Shown here: one piece after another, positions 1 through 12,135 of the stretch
Numbering within the stretch: the stretch's first letter is position 1
Layout: the number at the start of each line of letters is the position of its first letter
Origin: Paraspadella gotoi
Lineage: Eukaryota > Animalia > Chaetognatha
Assembly: GCA_051294375.1 (NCBI GenBank)
Contig: JBJCIZ010001666.1
Coordinates: 112,725 to 148,429, forward strand
Reading direction: 5' to 3'
DNA: 35,705 bases
The notes under the pieces: generated by a model
The model's database searches: none
What the model saw: the letters and a program-made list of their open reading frames with translations, nothing else
What the model was told of the DNA's origin: nothing
Position numbers and translations under genes: made by a program

Positions 1-705
1 AAAAGTGATACAACTCCAAGTACGTACTTGCATCAAAAGAAGAATTAAAATATAAGAAGTAGAAATTGAGCTTACTGTAAAGAATCAGTTTTAAGTTAAA
101 AATTTGGTCATAGAATTTTAGCTTACCTTTTAAAAATATTTTTCTTTTGAAAATGTAGTTTACCGAGAAAAAAAAATTGTTAAAATTTTTATGAACATTT
201 TAGGTAGATTTTTAAAAGTGTTCGATATTTTTTAATGGAAAACCTCTTACAGATGCCAAGAAAATGATTAAGATACAGTAAATGAGATTTCTACAATTTT
301 AGTTTGAGTGATCCCTGGCCTTAATGAAAGAATTTTTTAAAAATGATTTATATTTTCTTTTATCAACTTTTGACGAGGAATTTAAATCTGCAATTAAAAT
401 TGAGAAAAGCCTATTTTGAAATTTTTTCGATTTTATAGAATAATACTATATATAAAATTAGTCTACGCGAAAATTAAAAACAAAAAAAATTAATTTTTTT
501 ACAAATTAATGTTCACTGAAGGTATGTTGTTCATAATTGACTTTTAGAATTTTTGTATGTAACTTTCACTACGCCTTAGTCTGAAGGGCTTTCAAAATTT
601 TTCTTTACATTTTATTTGGTTATTTTGATATGATACGATCATGGGAACGTGAATTAGTCCATTTTGGTGAAATTTTTATTTAAAGTAAAAAGTAAAAGAG
701 GAGCT

Positions 706-888
706 AAGAGTTTTCAACCGGGAGTCAGATTCAGTAAAAATCTTCATTGGCGAAAATCTTCCAAAGAAGGGGTGGATTTTCCGAAGATTTGGTTGATATT
801 TTCTATATTTATGGTAGGATTTTTTGAAACTTAATATTAACAATATTGCCATCATTCTACCTTGGCCGGTATAAGAATATATTAAAAA
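706..888. repeat. Dispersed repeat fragment, inverted homologue of 8892-9077
   Basis: TAAGAGTTTTCAACCGGGAGTCAGATTCAG...GGTATAAGAATATATTAAAAA aligns with the reverse complement of 8892-9077 (TAAGAGTTTCTAAGCGGTAGTCAGATTCGG...GGTATAAAATATATTAAAAA). Confidence 0.7.
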
Positions 889-919
889 AACCTCTGGCTT
901 TGTTCGTCAGAGCTTAGTC

Positions 920-1185
920 CTATTCATATCCATCTCAATCACACAGTTTCCTACCCACACACAAAATTTCATACCAATCCATCCATCCAATCACGAGTAA
1001 TTGGAGTTTTTTGCTAAGGTGGACGGACGGACAGACAGACGGACATAATTTTTTTGCATAATTTATCATAATTCGATGTTCTGACATGATATAAGTGTGG
1101 GCCCGACAATATTGAGGGGCGGACCGACGGACCGACAAAGTGAATTATAGAGTCGGGATCTGCTGATAAGCAGATCCGACTAAAA
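920..1185 (+). mobile_element. DINE-1/HINE-like non-autonomous Helentron, 3' part
   Basis: (GGAC/AGAC)n microsatellite and terminal palindrome GTCGGGATCTGC-TGATAA-GCAGATCCGAC-TAAAA. The same blocks recur many times in the window. Confidence 0.7.
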
Positions 1186-1269
1186 TGAGTAAGAGGAGTT
1201 TGTGCAGGGGCTTATTCTTTTTCTCTCTTTTCTCCTGCTTCTTCTGCTGCTGCCTTTTGATTTCTTTTT

Positions 1270-1812
1270 TTTTAGTCGGATCTGCTTATCAGCAGATCCC
1301 NNNNNNNNNNNNNNNNNNNNNNNNNNNNNNNNNNNNNNNNNNNNNNNNNNNNNNNNNNNNNNNNNNNNNNNNNNNNNNNNNNNNNNNNNNNNNNNNNNNN
1401 NNNNNNNNNNNNNNNNNNNNNNNNNNNNNNNNNNNNNNNNNNNNNNNNNNNNNNNNNNNNNNCAATATTGTCAGGCACACACTTATATCATGTCAGAACA
1501 TCAAATTATGATTAAATATGCAAAAAAAACGATGTCCGTCCGTCCGTCCGTCCGTCCGTCCGTCCCACCTTAGCAAAAAACTCCAATTACTCGTGATTGG
1601 ATGGATGGATTGGTATGAAATTTTGTGTGTGGGTAGGAAACTGTGTGATTGAGGTGGATATGAAGTTTGAACGCCAATTGCTCATGAGTGGATAGGGCAA
1701 TTGACTTGAAATTTTGTATGATGGTAGGAAAGTGTGTGATTGAGCTGGATATAAAGTTTCGATGGAATAGTGCGAGTGGAAATGAGTTAAAATGGAAAAA
1801 AACAAAAGTCAT
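1270..1812 (-). mobile_element. HINE-like element, tail-to-tail with the previous copy, interrupted by an N-gap
   Basis: TTTAGTCGGATCTGCTTATCAGCAGATCCC terminus, (GTCC)n at ~1534-1565, reverse-complement identity to 935-1110. Confidence 0.7.
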
Positions 1813-3211
1813 ATTTACTTGAAGTATTTTTACTTAAATTTACTCATAATTATTATGTTTATTAAAAATTGGATAGATAAATCGAAATTGAAGTTTGTGT
1901 GTAGTGGAGGATGGTATTTTTAGTAGAAAATAATTCGACGCNNNNNNNNNNNNNNNNNNNNNNNNNNNNNNNNNNNNNNNNNNNNNNNNNNNNNNNNNNN
2001 NNNNNNNNNNNNNNNNNNNNNNNNNNNNNNNNNNNNNNNNNNNNNNNNNNNNNNNNNNNNNNNNNNNNNNNNNNNNNNNNNNNNNNNNNNNNNNNNNNNN
2101 NNNNNNNNNNNNNNNNNNNNNNNNNNNNNNNNNNNNNNNNNNNNNNNNNNNNNNATATAAAAGGGAATTAATTTCAAGTTTCATTTCACATACTCTCTCA
2201 AAAAATAATTTTTATAAGCTAACAATTCTCGATTTAATCAAAAAAAATGTTTGCCATACTCTTTCTTTTTACGGTAAGTCGATGCTCTTTTTAAAATTCA
2301 CGTTATCAAACTTTTTGTAAAACAAAAGCCATATGAAAAATGCATTATGCAGACGATAATAGATATAGAATGCAAAACAATTCAAATATAAAATCATAAC
2401 CGACGAATTCAATTTTTAGAATAATTTTATCTAAATGCACAAATAAGTTGAATTCGAAATGCAATAATTTTTAAACAATTCAAAACGGAAATAAAATATC
2501 ATCAATTTTTTTATGGAAAAAAAACGAAAAAAAACTTTTTCGCGAAATAAGTTTACTGTCACATTGATTATTGATCGTTTCTGATTTAAATATTGCTTCC
2601 TCTAACTGGTGGGCTCTGGGCCTAACTGTGTCTCACGTCTAGTAGAAACCGAAAGGAATGGGAGGAGAGTAAATGTATTTCACAACTGAGGTCTAAACTC
2701 TATCCGAAAAATATAAAATGTCCAAAAAAAGGGAGAGAGAAAGAGGCGGAGAGAGAGAGAGAAGATGGACTGAACCTAAACTTGAACGCGACCCCGAATC
2801 CCCGTGAGGAGGATGAGGAGGGACGAGGAAAAGAGAGAGAAGAGGAGCTGTAGACCCGCGACGTCTACCGGCCTTCGATTCTGGGCTCCTCGTTTGCGTC
2901 AAGATGGCGTCTCGGGCCTTGAATGGCGTGAGACGTCATCGTGCTGGTGCGTAGTGAGAATGCCTAACTGTGCTGAGAGTGTGAGAGGTGGAGAGAGGGG
3001 GGAGTGAGAGAGGATGTCCGGGAGAGGGAGGGGGGAACAATGGTAGGTTGAAAAAAAAAATATATGCATATAACAGTAACTCTAACAATAGTAGTAATAG
3101 AAGCAAGATGACAAATTTTCATTACAGGTGGTGATGATGTGATAGAGTGATTAGAGTTTATTGTTTGTTTATATTGATGATGTTGCNNNNNNNNNNNNNN
3201 NNNNNNNNNNN

Positions 3212-4097
3212 CGCCACCTCTTCTGACCGGCGGACGCCATTTCCCGGGTGGCGCCAATCACGGGACTTCCGGCGACCACGCCCCATTCCGGTGGCGGCCA
3301 ATCCCCAAGCTTACTGGGTTTTTGTTTTAAAAAGCCAAATTCCCCCAACTCCAGTGATGCCCAAAACTTCCGCGACGCCCCCACATTCCGGCACACCCAC
3401 TTTCCGGTGCCGCAAAGTTTCATAGCTAGAAGAAAAATGAGACGCTAAAGCGGCTCCTGCAAAAAATCCAATAAAAACGAAGAAAAGTAAACCAACCCAA
3501 ACTCAAACTAATTGCATGACCAATATATGCCAAGTAAGCTTTTGTCCTGTCTTATATGTCCTTTGTTCTGTTAGCTTTGTACTGTATTACAATTTGTATC
3601 TCTATTTTTTTGCGAGCCGCTTTAGCGTCCTCATTTTCTTCTAGCTATGAAACTTTGGCGGCACCGGAAGTGGGTGTCGCCGGAAGTGGGCGTCGCCGGA
3701 AGTTTGGCATCACTGGAAGTGGGGGATTGGCTTTACCAGAAGCTGGGGATTGGCNNNNNNNNNNNNNNNNNNNNNNNNNNNNNNNNNNNNNNNNNNNNNN
3801 NNNNNNNNNNNNNNNNNNNNNNNNNNNNNNNNNNNNNNNNNNNNNNNNNNNNNNNNNNNNNNNNNNNNNNNNAAGAGGTGGCGGCGCGGAAAGTCGGAAA
3901 TTGGCGCCACCGGAAATGGGCATCGCCGGAAGTCGGGGATTGGCGCCACCGGGAGTGGGCGTCGCCGGAAGTTTGGGATTGGCATCACCGGGAGTGGGCG
4001 TTGCCGGAAATTGGCGTTACCGGAAGTGGGGGGTTGGCGTCACCGGAAGTGGGCGTTGCTGGAAATTGGCGTCGCCGGAAGTGGGGGGGTTGGCGTT
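3212..4097. repeat. GC-rich fold-back minisatellite of 18-30 nt units containing CCGGAAGTGG
   Basis: Units read ACTTCCGG on the left arm (3212-3420) and CCGGAAGT on the right arm (3655-4097). Inner inverted repeat TAGCTAGAAGAAAAATGAGACGCTAAAGCGGCTC (~3423-3456) / GAGCCGCTTTAGCGTCCTCATTTTCTTCTAGCTA (~3614-3647). Two N-gaps in or next to it. Confidence 0.75.
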
Positions 4098-4539
4098 TAT
4101 TTACAAATGGCTAGTTTGCAGCTAATTGTAGCTTAAGCTGTCGTTTATTTACAAACAGTTAGTTTAATAGTTAGAGTCTTCACATAGTCTTAAATATTTA
4201 TTCGTCCCTGAGAGAGGACAAATAGGGACAGACAGCCGGACCAAACAATCNNNNNNNNNNNNNNNNNNNNNNNNNNNNNNNNNNNNNNNNNNNNNNNNNN
4301 NNNNNNNNNNNNNNNNNNNNNNNNNNNNNNNNNNNNNNNNNNNNNNNNNNNNNNNNNNNNNNNNNNNNNNNNNNNNNNNNNNNNNNNNNNNNNNNNNNNN
4401 NNNNNNNNNNNNNNNNNNNNNNNNNNNNNNNNNNNNNNNNNNNNNNNNNNNNNNNNNNNNNNNTTTTTTTTTCTCAAGTAACTATTCTTCCCTCTCTATA
4501 TATTTTTGTTCTATTTTAGTTATTGTTTNNNNNNNNNNC

Positions 4540-5000
4540 GCTAGCATTTTTTTTTTATCGCGTATTTCGCGAGAACTGCACGAGGCAAAGTTACGATGAA
4601 TCATGGCTCGCGTCTGACGTCAGCAGGGGGCGGTTTTCGTAGGCGGAGCACTGGCCAGTTGCTCAGCCTTGGACTGGAAAGAACGCCGCTCCGGTGCGAT
4701 GGAAAAAAAAGAAAATATCCGGGGCGCCAGAGAAGTGCGCGGGCGACTTCCGGTGGGGCGGGGCGTTTCCAGGCGGCGCCGCCGCACTCTCAAAGTCGTC
4801 GGTAGCCGAGGCTCGCACCCATCTGGCTATCTGGTTGCCAACCGACCTTGATTGTTTATGTTTATTAGTTCTCTCATTTCTCAGCCGGCGCTAAAGGGGC
4901 GTTGTCCGCCTCTTTGCGCAACTTTCTCATTGTGCGTCTGTGAACCACGCGACGCGCGGCGCCATCTTCTGGTTCTACTAAATATTCATCGCCTTTTTAT
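4540..5000. promoter_or_regulatory. CpG-rich promoter-like island
   Basis: GC/CpG-rich in an AT-rich background. Contains ACTTCCGG (ETS-like), GGGGCGGGGC (Sp1-like), CGCCATCTT (YY1-like) and TGACGTCA (CRE-like). No transcript evidence. Confidence 0.35.
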
Positions 5001-5056
5001 TTATAACAGACGCTCGTTCATATTTTGGGTATAATTTGAACTCAAGAGATTTGACT

Positions 5057-6400
5057 TTATTCGGCTTTTCTTTTTTGTACAAAATTTCGCCAAATCAAAA
5101 CTTTTTCTCCTATTTGATAATCGACTATGTTATTTAGAATTAAGCTGGGCGTCGTTTCTATATTACGAGCCCGGCATATTTTATGTAATAGGGCCTCAAT
5201 TCTAAAATTTTTCTCTGCCAAATAACTCTCACTCGAGCCCTCTGGCGGTTCCGCCTCGGCGGTTTGAGAGCAAGGTAAGACTGGATCACGCCCATAGAAA
5301 AGTTGGTGGGGTGAAACCAGCAAATCGTTTTCGATTTTTATGGGTGCTATGTTTACCGCCCTTACCACCGATCACCATGTTTTAGTCCAAGGCTGTCCCG
5401 ATGGTTGTAAACGCCGAAACAGGGTAATTAAGGTAGCGTTCACTTTTTCAGACAAGTTCGAATTTTTTTGTGATGGTCTGAAGAAGTTACAAGTAAAGTG
5501 AAACTCTTTTGAAGCGTTTCCATTATGGTATTTGATATTCTCTACCTAGATCTGATTCTATGGTTCTAGGCGTTAGAGAATAACTATTTAATATATCCAT
5601 AATGGCTGTTGTTACTGTCTCTGCCATTTTGTTACGCAATGCTGCCGCAAAAACATAGCGGGAACAAATGTCAACCACTATGAGAGGGAATCTTTTACCT
5701 TCGATCTCTTCCAATTATAATAAGTCAGTATGTAATGTACTCCCAATGGCTGAATCAAAAATTGGGAATTTTCTCCCTTTTGTTAATTTTGCTTTTTGCG
5801 CTAAGGTGCAATTCTGACATTTGTGAAAAACTCTTTCACAAGTCGATTTTAAGTTGACAATGAAATATGTTTTGGCAATTGCACACTTCATCCTCGATGG
5901 GTTAGTGTGAGCTAGGGAGATATGTATGGAGGAAACTATGCGATCAGCGGCTGATGGTGGCACCACGATCGCGAGATATTCAGAGTTATCATCATTGAGA
6001 CCTGAGTAGTATAAGGTCCCGTTAATGACTTTGAGATTTTCTCTAATACTCAAAAGATGGTTAAGGTATTTAGATCTGACTCTTTCCACGTGATTTTCTG
6101 GTTCAATCCCTGTCGTGAGGACCTCAATTACTGCCACTGTGTCACTACAGTTGCTTTGCTCTCTTGGGAGGTCCTCATCTGAGGGAGAAACTTTTTTACA
6201 CTTAGTGATTTCGCCATTGGCGGCCGCCGCTACAGCGCTTCGAATTATGGCGTCGCCTCTGTCAAAATTGACTGGAATCACCTAGCAGACAAGGTTCTCG
6301 GCTTGTTGCTCTTCCATTCTCAGGCACATTACTCAAGCGCACAAGGCCATCCTAACTCCTTCAATACTCAGTGATTTTGGTATTTCGATGTAATTCCTTC
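5057..6400 (-). pseudogene. Degenerate Ty3/Gypsy-like (or Ginger-like) integrase
   Basis: H2C2 zinc domain (IHISLAH...CQNC), DDE core (LHTDL*, IVVDICSRY, IESDLGREY, RPSQKNSNLSEKVNATL in a shifted frame) and SPHQLFYGR. In-frame stop at 5715-5717 and frameshifts near 5523 and 5370. Confidence 0.85.
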
Positions 6401-8891
6401 CTCAGTATCTGCGCCGACCAAAATCCATTCATTGCGTATGCGCCGCCTCAAAACTCGCCTGGTATTATGCTGGCTGAATCATCATCCCCAGGGCGTGATC
6501 TTTTAGTCGGGAATCTGGTTTTTTCAGCTCCCCAGGGCTGATTTTTCAGCTGTTTTATCAGTATTTAAGCTCTGATTGTATATTCTAGTGATTTTGTTTG
6601 TATCAATTAGCTTATCCTCTTTATTGATACAGGGTTGATCAGATATGCTCTATCACCAGAGATTTGAGCTCTTAATAGAGCATGATTGTCAAGCTTTTGA
6701 GTTATTTGCGGTCAGGCAGCCAAAAAGTTTTGGTTCTGTTGACTCTTCCTCAATCTGCTGCTTCTGCTTGTTAGATTTTAACTTCTGCATCAGGCGTTTT
6801 GATTGCCTTGTTCTTTTCTTGGCATATCCTTCTGCACTTTCCCTCTTATCTTTTTGGCCTAATAATGCAACTAAGGGGATTTCGTTCTTTTATGTTGTGA
6901 CAAAGTTGTTGATCACAACAAGGTCATCAGAAGTGTCAGGAGTCCCACTCTTTGTATTAATGTAGCACATTTGTCTACTGCCCTAGTGTTATTAGAGACC
7001 ACATCCTCAACATGGTCAGAGCGATTTTGTCTCTAGAAATGCTTTCAGATAGAGGCTCAACCCTGACAGGCCCGAACCCTCTCTCCTCCCCGGGACCTCT
7101 CTTCCCGCTTCAACGCCTCCTCCTCCCGTCGTCGTCAACCCTCCTCTTCATCGCACGTTCACGGCGCATAGGTCTTGGAGAATCCGGACTTACTCTCTTC
7201 AAACTTCTCCTTCGGGTCTCGCGTCTGGAAAACCTTGCCCTCTCCCTTTTTCTCCCCTTTTTATGTACCCATTGATATCCCTTTTTCTGTTAGTATCTGT
7301 TTCCATTACGCCTATTAGTTACTACCTACTTACCCTCTTTCTTCCTCGATGAGAACGGTAGTTAGAACCTACCTTTAGCTAGATACCCCATCTTCCAGTG
7401 ACGCCCAATCAGGCCTCTCCCCAAGGTAGTAACCTTCCCCAGGATTAAGTTTCCCTGCTCTACCGACTAACTGGGCTAACCGGAAAACCCTCCCAACCCA
7501 CCCTATTTTTTTTTCTTCCATCTTTCCTAATTTTAAAATTTTTTTTCATCCTAATTCTTCTATCTTTCATCGTGCTAAAAAAACAAACTTTTAACTCTAC
7601 CTAATATTTCGCACCAAAAAAATTTTTCTCCTCATCGCGCAAAAACGTTTGAAAAATAAATTTTTTTTCAAATCAACGCCAAGGAAAAGACGAAAAACAA
7701 AGAACCTCACCCATCTAACTAAACCAAACAGTAAGATCACTAACCCACCCTTTTTCTTTTTAGCTAATCCGGGACATTTAGTGTTGTACTGTAACATAGT
7801 GAAATCATAATTTCATTTTTATTGCAATAAAATGTAATGTATTTTCCCTAGTTTTCTTCCTCATTGTTTTACAATTTCCCTTAGTCTCTCTTACTTTATT
7901 TCCATTTCAAACGGAATTGCCCTATTAAATTTCCTTATTGACCATTCCTTTTACTTTATTATTTGTCTCTCTATTTCAAATATATTTTCCTAGTTCATTA
8001 ATTGGCTTCTATTTCAACTTTTTCCTCACTGTTTTTTCTCACCGTCCTACCCCACACATTATTTCAGTTCTAATCTGTACTATTATTGTTTCATTTTAAC
8101 CCACCACTCCTTTTTCATAGTTCCACTATTATACGTCGCACAGTATTTCAATTTCTATCTCCCTTCTCAGTGATTTACTATTTCAACATCTATTTAGATT
8201 CTTATTGCTACACAATTTTACCTCACCATTTAGAATTTTCTTGATTCACTAATTTAACTAACTATTACGATTTTCATTGAATCACTATTTTCATCTCACT
8301 ATTTCAATTTTTATACATTCACTATTTTGATCCACTCTTTCGATTTTTATTGCTTCACAATTTAACACACTATTTTGACTTACACTATTTCACTATCCTA
8401 AACCTTTTTCAATCTATCTCGATCTTTTTTTTCCTAAAAAACGACCATCTGTCTCTTTTTACTTACCCTATCATCCTTCACCACCTCTTCGCTACCTCCC
8501 CCTCTCTCTCATCGATGGTTTCGAATCGCGCATTCTTTTACTAACCCTCCCCTCCTTGACCCGTGAGTCGATCCTCGATCCCAGCGTCTTTTTTTTCGCG
8601 CATTTTCTTCATTTACTCTTCTTCCCGGCCTCCTCTTCCTTCTCTCCTTTACGCTGCACCTCTCTCTCCTCATCCCTTCCTCACTCGAGAAAACAGCTGC
8701 GCAGGGAGGAATGTCCATGCTCTGATCAAAACGACGACCCTCCCACCACCCCTGGCCCCTCACTGGCCCCTCACTCGATGCTCACCCTCTCTCTCTCTCC
8801 CATTTCGACTTCCAAACCCAAAAAAGATCGTTGACCGCTCCCTTCTCTTTCTCTCTGGTAGGAATAAATGTCCCCGCAGAACCCAGATGAA

Positions 8892-9077
8892 TTTTTAATA
8901 TATTTTATACCTCCCGACGTAGAATAACGGGAATATTGTAAATATCAAGTTTCATGTAAATTGGACCACGCGTTTAGGAGAAATCTAAAAAAAACATTCG
9001 AAATTTTCGCCCCTTCGACGGAAGACTTTCTCCATTCAAGATTTTCGCCGAATCTGACTACCGCTTAGAAACTCTTA
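8892..9077. repeat. Dispersed repeat fragment, inverted homologue of 706-888
   Basis: Direct visual alignment to the reverse complement of 706-888. Confidence 0.7.
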
Positions 9078-9647
9078 GAATTCGGATCGCTAGTTCTTTT
9101 TATTAAAACGATCGATCGCCGTTCTTTTTATTTAATCGAGCGGAGAATCGAGTGCTGAATTTTTTTTTTCAAAAGAGAAAGAAAGGAAATAAAGAAAGAA
9201 AGAATCATTTTTTAAATTTAAAGAAAGAAATAAAGAAAAAATAAAGAAAAGAGAGAAAGAGAGAGAGCGAGAGAGAGAGAGCGAGAGAGAGAGAGAGAGA
9301 GAAACAGAACCCGGCTTTCCTTGCGACCACCAAGGTCAACCTCGTTGCGAGGAAACCGCCACCGCCAAATCCCCGCCCTCCGCAAAAAGTTGTGACTTTC
9401 TGGGGGCATAGGCTGGAGGGTGACGTCTTGGAAAAGTTCGCGCGTACTTCAGTCGCGGAGGCGCTGCTGGCCAAGTAAGAGGCAGATAATATGTATTTTA
9501 ATTCGTAAATCCAGATGCGACGGTGAGAGCAACGATGAAGGGAGTGACGCATGAAGCGACGATCAAAGCAGCAAAAGAGAAGATTTTCGCGCGTGAGATG
9601 ATAATCAATTATTGATGTAATAAAAATCTCTCAATCTCTCAATAAGA

Positions 9648-9830
9648 CCTCTCCGCTTGTGGATAACCCCACACTTAGTGTGCCCAGTGGGTCTGGCAGA
9701 TTTTTCCATCAGTTGCCTTGCTTTCAGACTTTCAGACTTCGGTTCCGGCGATAGGCTTGCTACCTATGGTTTAACCGACCAGTAACTCTTTTTGCAAGGA
9801 CTGTTCCGATCAGGGCTAGAACTCGTGATG
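9648..9830 (-). mobile_element. tRNA-like SINE family D, degenerate copy with twister-like core
   Basis: Homologous to 27153-27330 and 27673-27730. B-box-like GAGTTCTAGCCC. P5 CCTTGC/GCAAGG encloses TAA-ACC...CCGGA-ACCGAAGT. Confidence 0.6.
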
Positions 9831-10270
9831 TAAAGTCCAGATAACCATAACTCAGACGCTCTTTTTGTCTCCCAAAGGAGAAAGATATTGACTTTCTTGC
9901 GATCATTCGGATCAGACTCTTCAGACTAATTAAACGTTTGGATATCTTCTGTGCTTCATATCATCAGTGTAAAGTGACCGAGAGGAGAGAAGTAGATAAG
10001 GAAAAGTTGTATCCAACGGGTAGTGATATTACGTCACTACATTTTCGTATTTACTCTGCAATCACTTATGTTCTGTTACTTTTATTGATTATTAGTACTA
10101 TTATTTTATATTGATATTACAGTTGAGCAACTGGAATATCTATATGTTTTGATTATTTTATTAAGGTACCCATTAAATATCAAGACGCCAAGTGGATAAG
10201 AACTATTTATAAACATTACGGCGCCCGCGATCCCGGTCTTCTCCCTCTCCGCATGGTCAAGGAGGGGGTT
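9831..10270. repeat. Unclassified dispersed repeat, direct homologue of 22570-22995
   Basis: Shared blocks TAAAGTCCAGA..ACCATAACTCA, GATTATTTTATTAAGGTACC..ATATCAAGACG and GTCTTCTCCCTCTCCGC.TGGTC.AGGAGG. Confidence 0.7.
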
Positions 10271-10449
10271 CTTTTCAGTGACCACTGGATTCGGAGATTA
10301 AGCGTTAGCCCGGTGCGCTATTATGGCGCTGATGGAAGGAACAATCGTATCTAACGGGTAGTCATATTAAATCACTACCAATCTATCATTTTATCTGAGA
10401 GAGAGAGAGAGAGAGAGAGAGTTAAAATTTAAAAAAAATCGAGTAAAAG

Positions 10450-10593
10450 TGACCTTTGTTTTTTCCATTCAAATTCATTTGCATAATTTATCATAATTCG
10501 ACGTTCTGAAATGATCTAAGTGACTTACTGACAAGAATTTTTGGTGGGACCGACGGATCGACAAAGTGGATTATAAGCAGATCCGACTAAAAA
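10450..10593 (+). mobile_element. HINE-like 3' fragment
   Basis: GCATAATTTATCATAATTCG...GGACCGACGGATCGACAAAGTG...GCAGATCCGACTAAAAA. Confidence 0.7.
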
Positions 10594-10595
10594 TT

Positions 10596-10791
10596 GTCGG
10601 TTTTCCATCACCAACCCAGGAGGTTGCAATATTCGAATACTACTCTATCAAATTAATCTTAATGAAGGGAATATTGCACAGCACCACCTTAAGCATTGGC
10701 TAACGATTAGCATATACTTTAAAATGGTGCTAACCGACGTGGTGACGTTTTTTTTAAAGTGGTTTCGCCATTGACTAAAGCCCTAGTCCAC
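10596..10791 (-). ncRNA. Putative unknown pseudoknotted structured RNA, copy 1 (3' of SGNH gene)
   Basis: Conserved blocks shared with 13055-13195, separated by sequence-unrelated hairpins. Compensatory changes in two long-range helices. Confidence 0.65.
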
Positions 10792-11098
10792 TAATCCATA
10801 AAAAATAATAGAATAGTTATATTAATTTGAAAAGTTAACTGTGCTTCGATTCATTGACTCCCCTGGGCATCAATCATGGAAAATTAAATTCATTCTAATG
10901 TTACTAATACAAGCTGCAAGCCAGAGTAAGTAGCAATAAAATTATTATATCATTGCCGTACTATATTTGTTATTTCGTCTTAAAAAGTGAAGATTATCTT
11001 TTGTTAGCCTTCGAAACCAGAACCTTCTCTCAGATCATATTTCAATTTATTTCATGGACATTTCACCGCATGTGAGATATGCCCATAAGCATAACCCA

Positions 11099-11710
11099 TT
11101 ACATAAAATAAATTTTATAACAATTAATGATTTCATTTACAAGTAACTCATAACCTGCAAAATTGAGATGTAAACCATCAGCTCCAACAAATCTTTTGCC
11201 TCTATAAAATGTCATTGTATTAACTCTAAAAATAGAATCCTCGTGACAGGTACAAGAAAAATTATTTGAATTCAATGCATCAATAACTTTATTTACATCA
11301 TCTATATAATCTTGATGTAAAGACTCTGGAAATCTTGTATATTTATCTTGATTAACTTTTCTTGGGCACAACGGAACATAAATAATTTTCAGCTTTGGAA
11401 ACCTTTTAATCAAGTCACATGAATATTTCCTAATTTTTGTGGATATACGCTCACCAATAACTGTAGGCATGTCGAAGGTTGAATTCACCTCAAAACTTAT
11501 ATCATTTTGAGCTAATGATAATATCAGTAATGTATGTTCGCTTTTTAAATTTTTCCAAATATAACCACTCTCGCCCAATAAATCCGTTATGCAAGCACCA
11601 GAATAAGAATGTAATTCAATTTTTTTCAATTTACAAGACTCGGCAATATATTTAAAATGCATCTTATGTAAGTTTTTAAGCATACTATCAGACAAAACTA
11701 AGGCAGACAT
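11099..11710 (-). CDS. SGNH/GDSL-family hydrolase (esterase), 203 aa
   Basis: Uninterrupted ORF with block I LVLSDSM (catalytic Ser; SDS instead of GDS), block II YSGA, block III LAQNDI and block V DGLHLN (DxxH). Confidence 0.85.
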   Translation of the reverse strand: MSALVLSDSMLKNLHKMHFKYIAESCKLKKIELHSYSGACITDLLGESGYIWKNLKSEHTLLILSLAQNDISFEVNSTFDMPTVIGERISTKIRKYSCDLIKRFPKLKIIYVPLCPRKVNQDKYTRFPESLHQDYIDDVNKVIDALNSNNFSCTCHEDSIFRVNTMTFYRGKRFVGADGLHLNFAGYELLVNEIINCYKIYFM

Positions 11711-11906
11711 GATTTATGGCATTGGTTAATCTAAATGAAAAATAAAAATAAACATTACAGCCAATTCAAACAATAAAATAGAAAAAAAATCATTTTATTC
11801 ATCAAATATAACTTAATAGGGAAGTTGAAAACAAATTCCAATGACAAATATAATTATTTCTTTTTTGTTTTCTCTTTCAAAAAAAAAAAGATTAATTAAT
11901 AAATTG

Positions 11907-12135
11907 TGGCAACACATTCACTTTCGCCACCCGCCTGTGTCCTGCGCAGCCCCGGTGGCGTAAGAGTGAGAATTCTCTCTTCCCAACAAACGGTCTTGGG
12001 TTCGCGCCCCATTGGTGTCAACTAGTAAGCAGAACGAGTCGTCTAACCCACCTGTAGCGGCGGACTGCAGTCTGAGCCGAAGTTCTGAAATTAGTAAATA
12101 ACAGTCGTAGTTTGTCCTGTGGCACTGACTTGAAT
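11907..12135 (+). mobile_element. tRNA-like SINE family B with degenerate twister core (12021-12095)
   Basis: A-box-like GTGGCGTAAGAGTG and B-box-like GGGTTCGCGCCCC. Homologous to 26647-26835. Confidence 0.7.

Noticed and set aside
920-1812. Large HINE hairpin as a special structure
   Set aside because: It is explained by two tail-to-tail copies of an abundant repeat across a scaffold gap and could be an assembly artefact.
935-5034. Many short ORFs in the ORF track
   Set aside because: They span N-gaps, microsatellites or the GC-rich minisatellite, and no protein motifs are recognisable.
6645-7275. Plus-strand ORFs of 106 and 87 aa
   Set aside because: They are probably antisense shadows of decayed minus-strand retroelement coding DNA, with no motifs.
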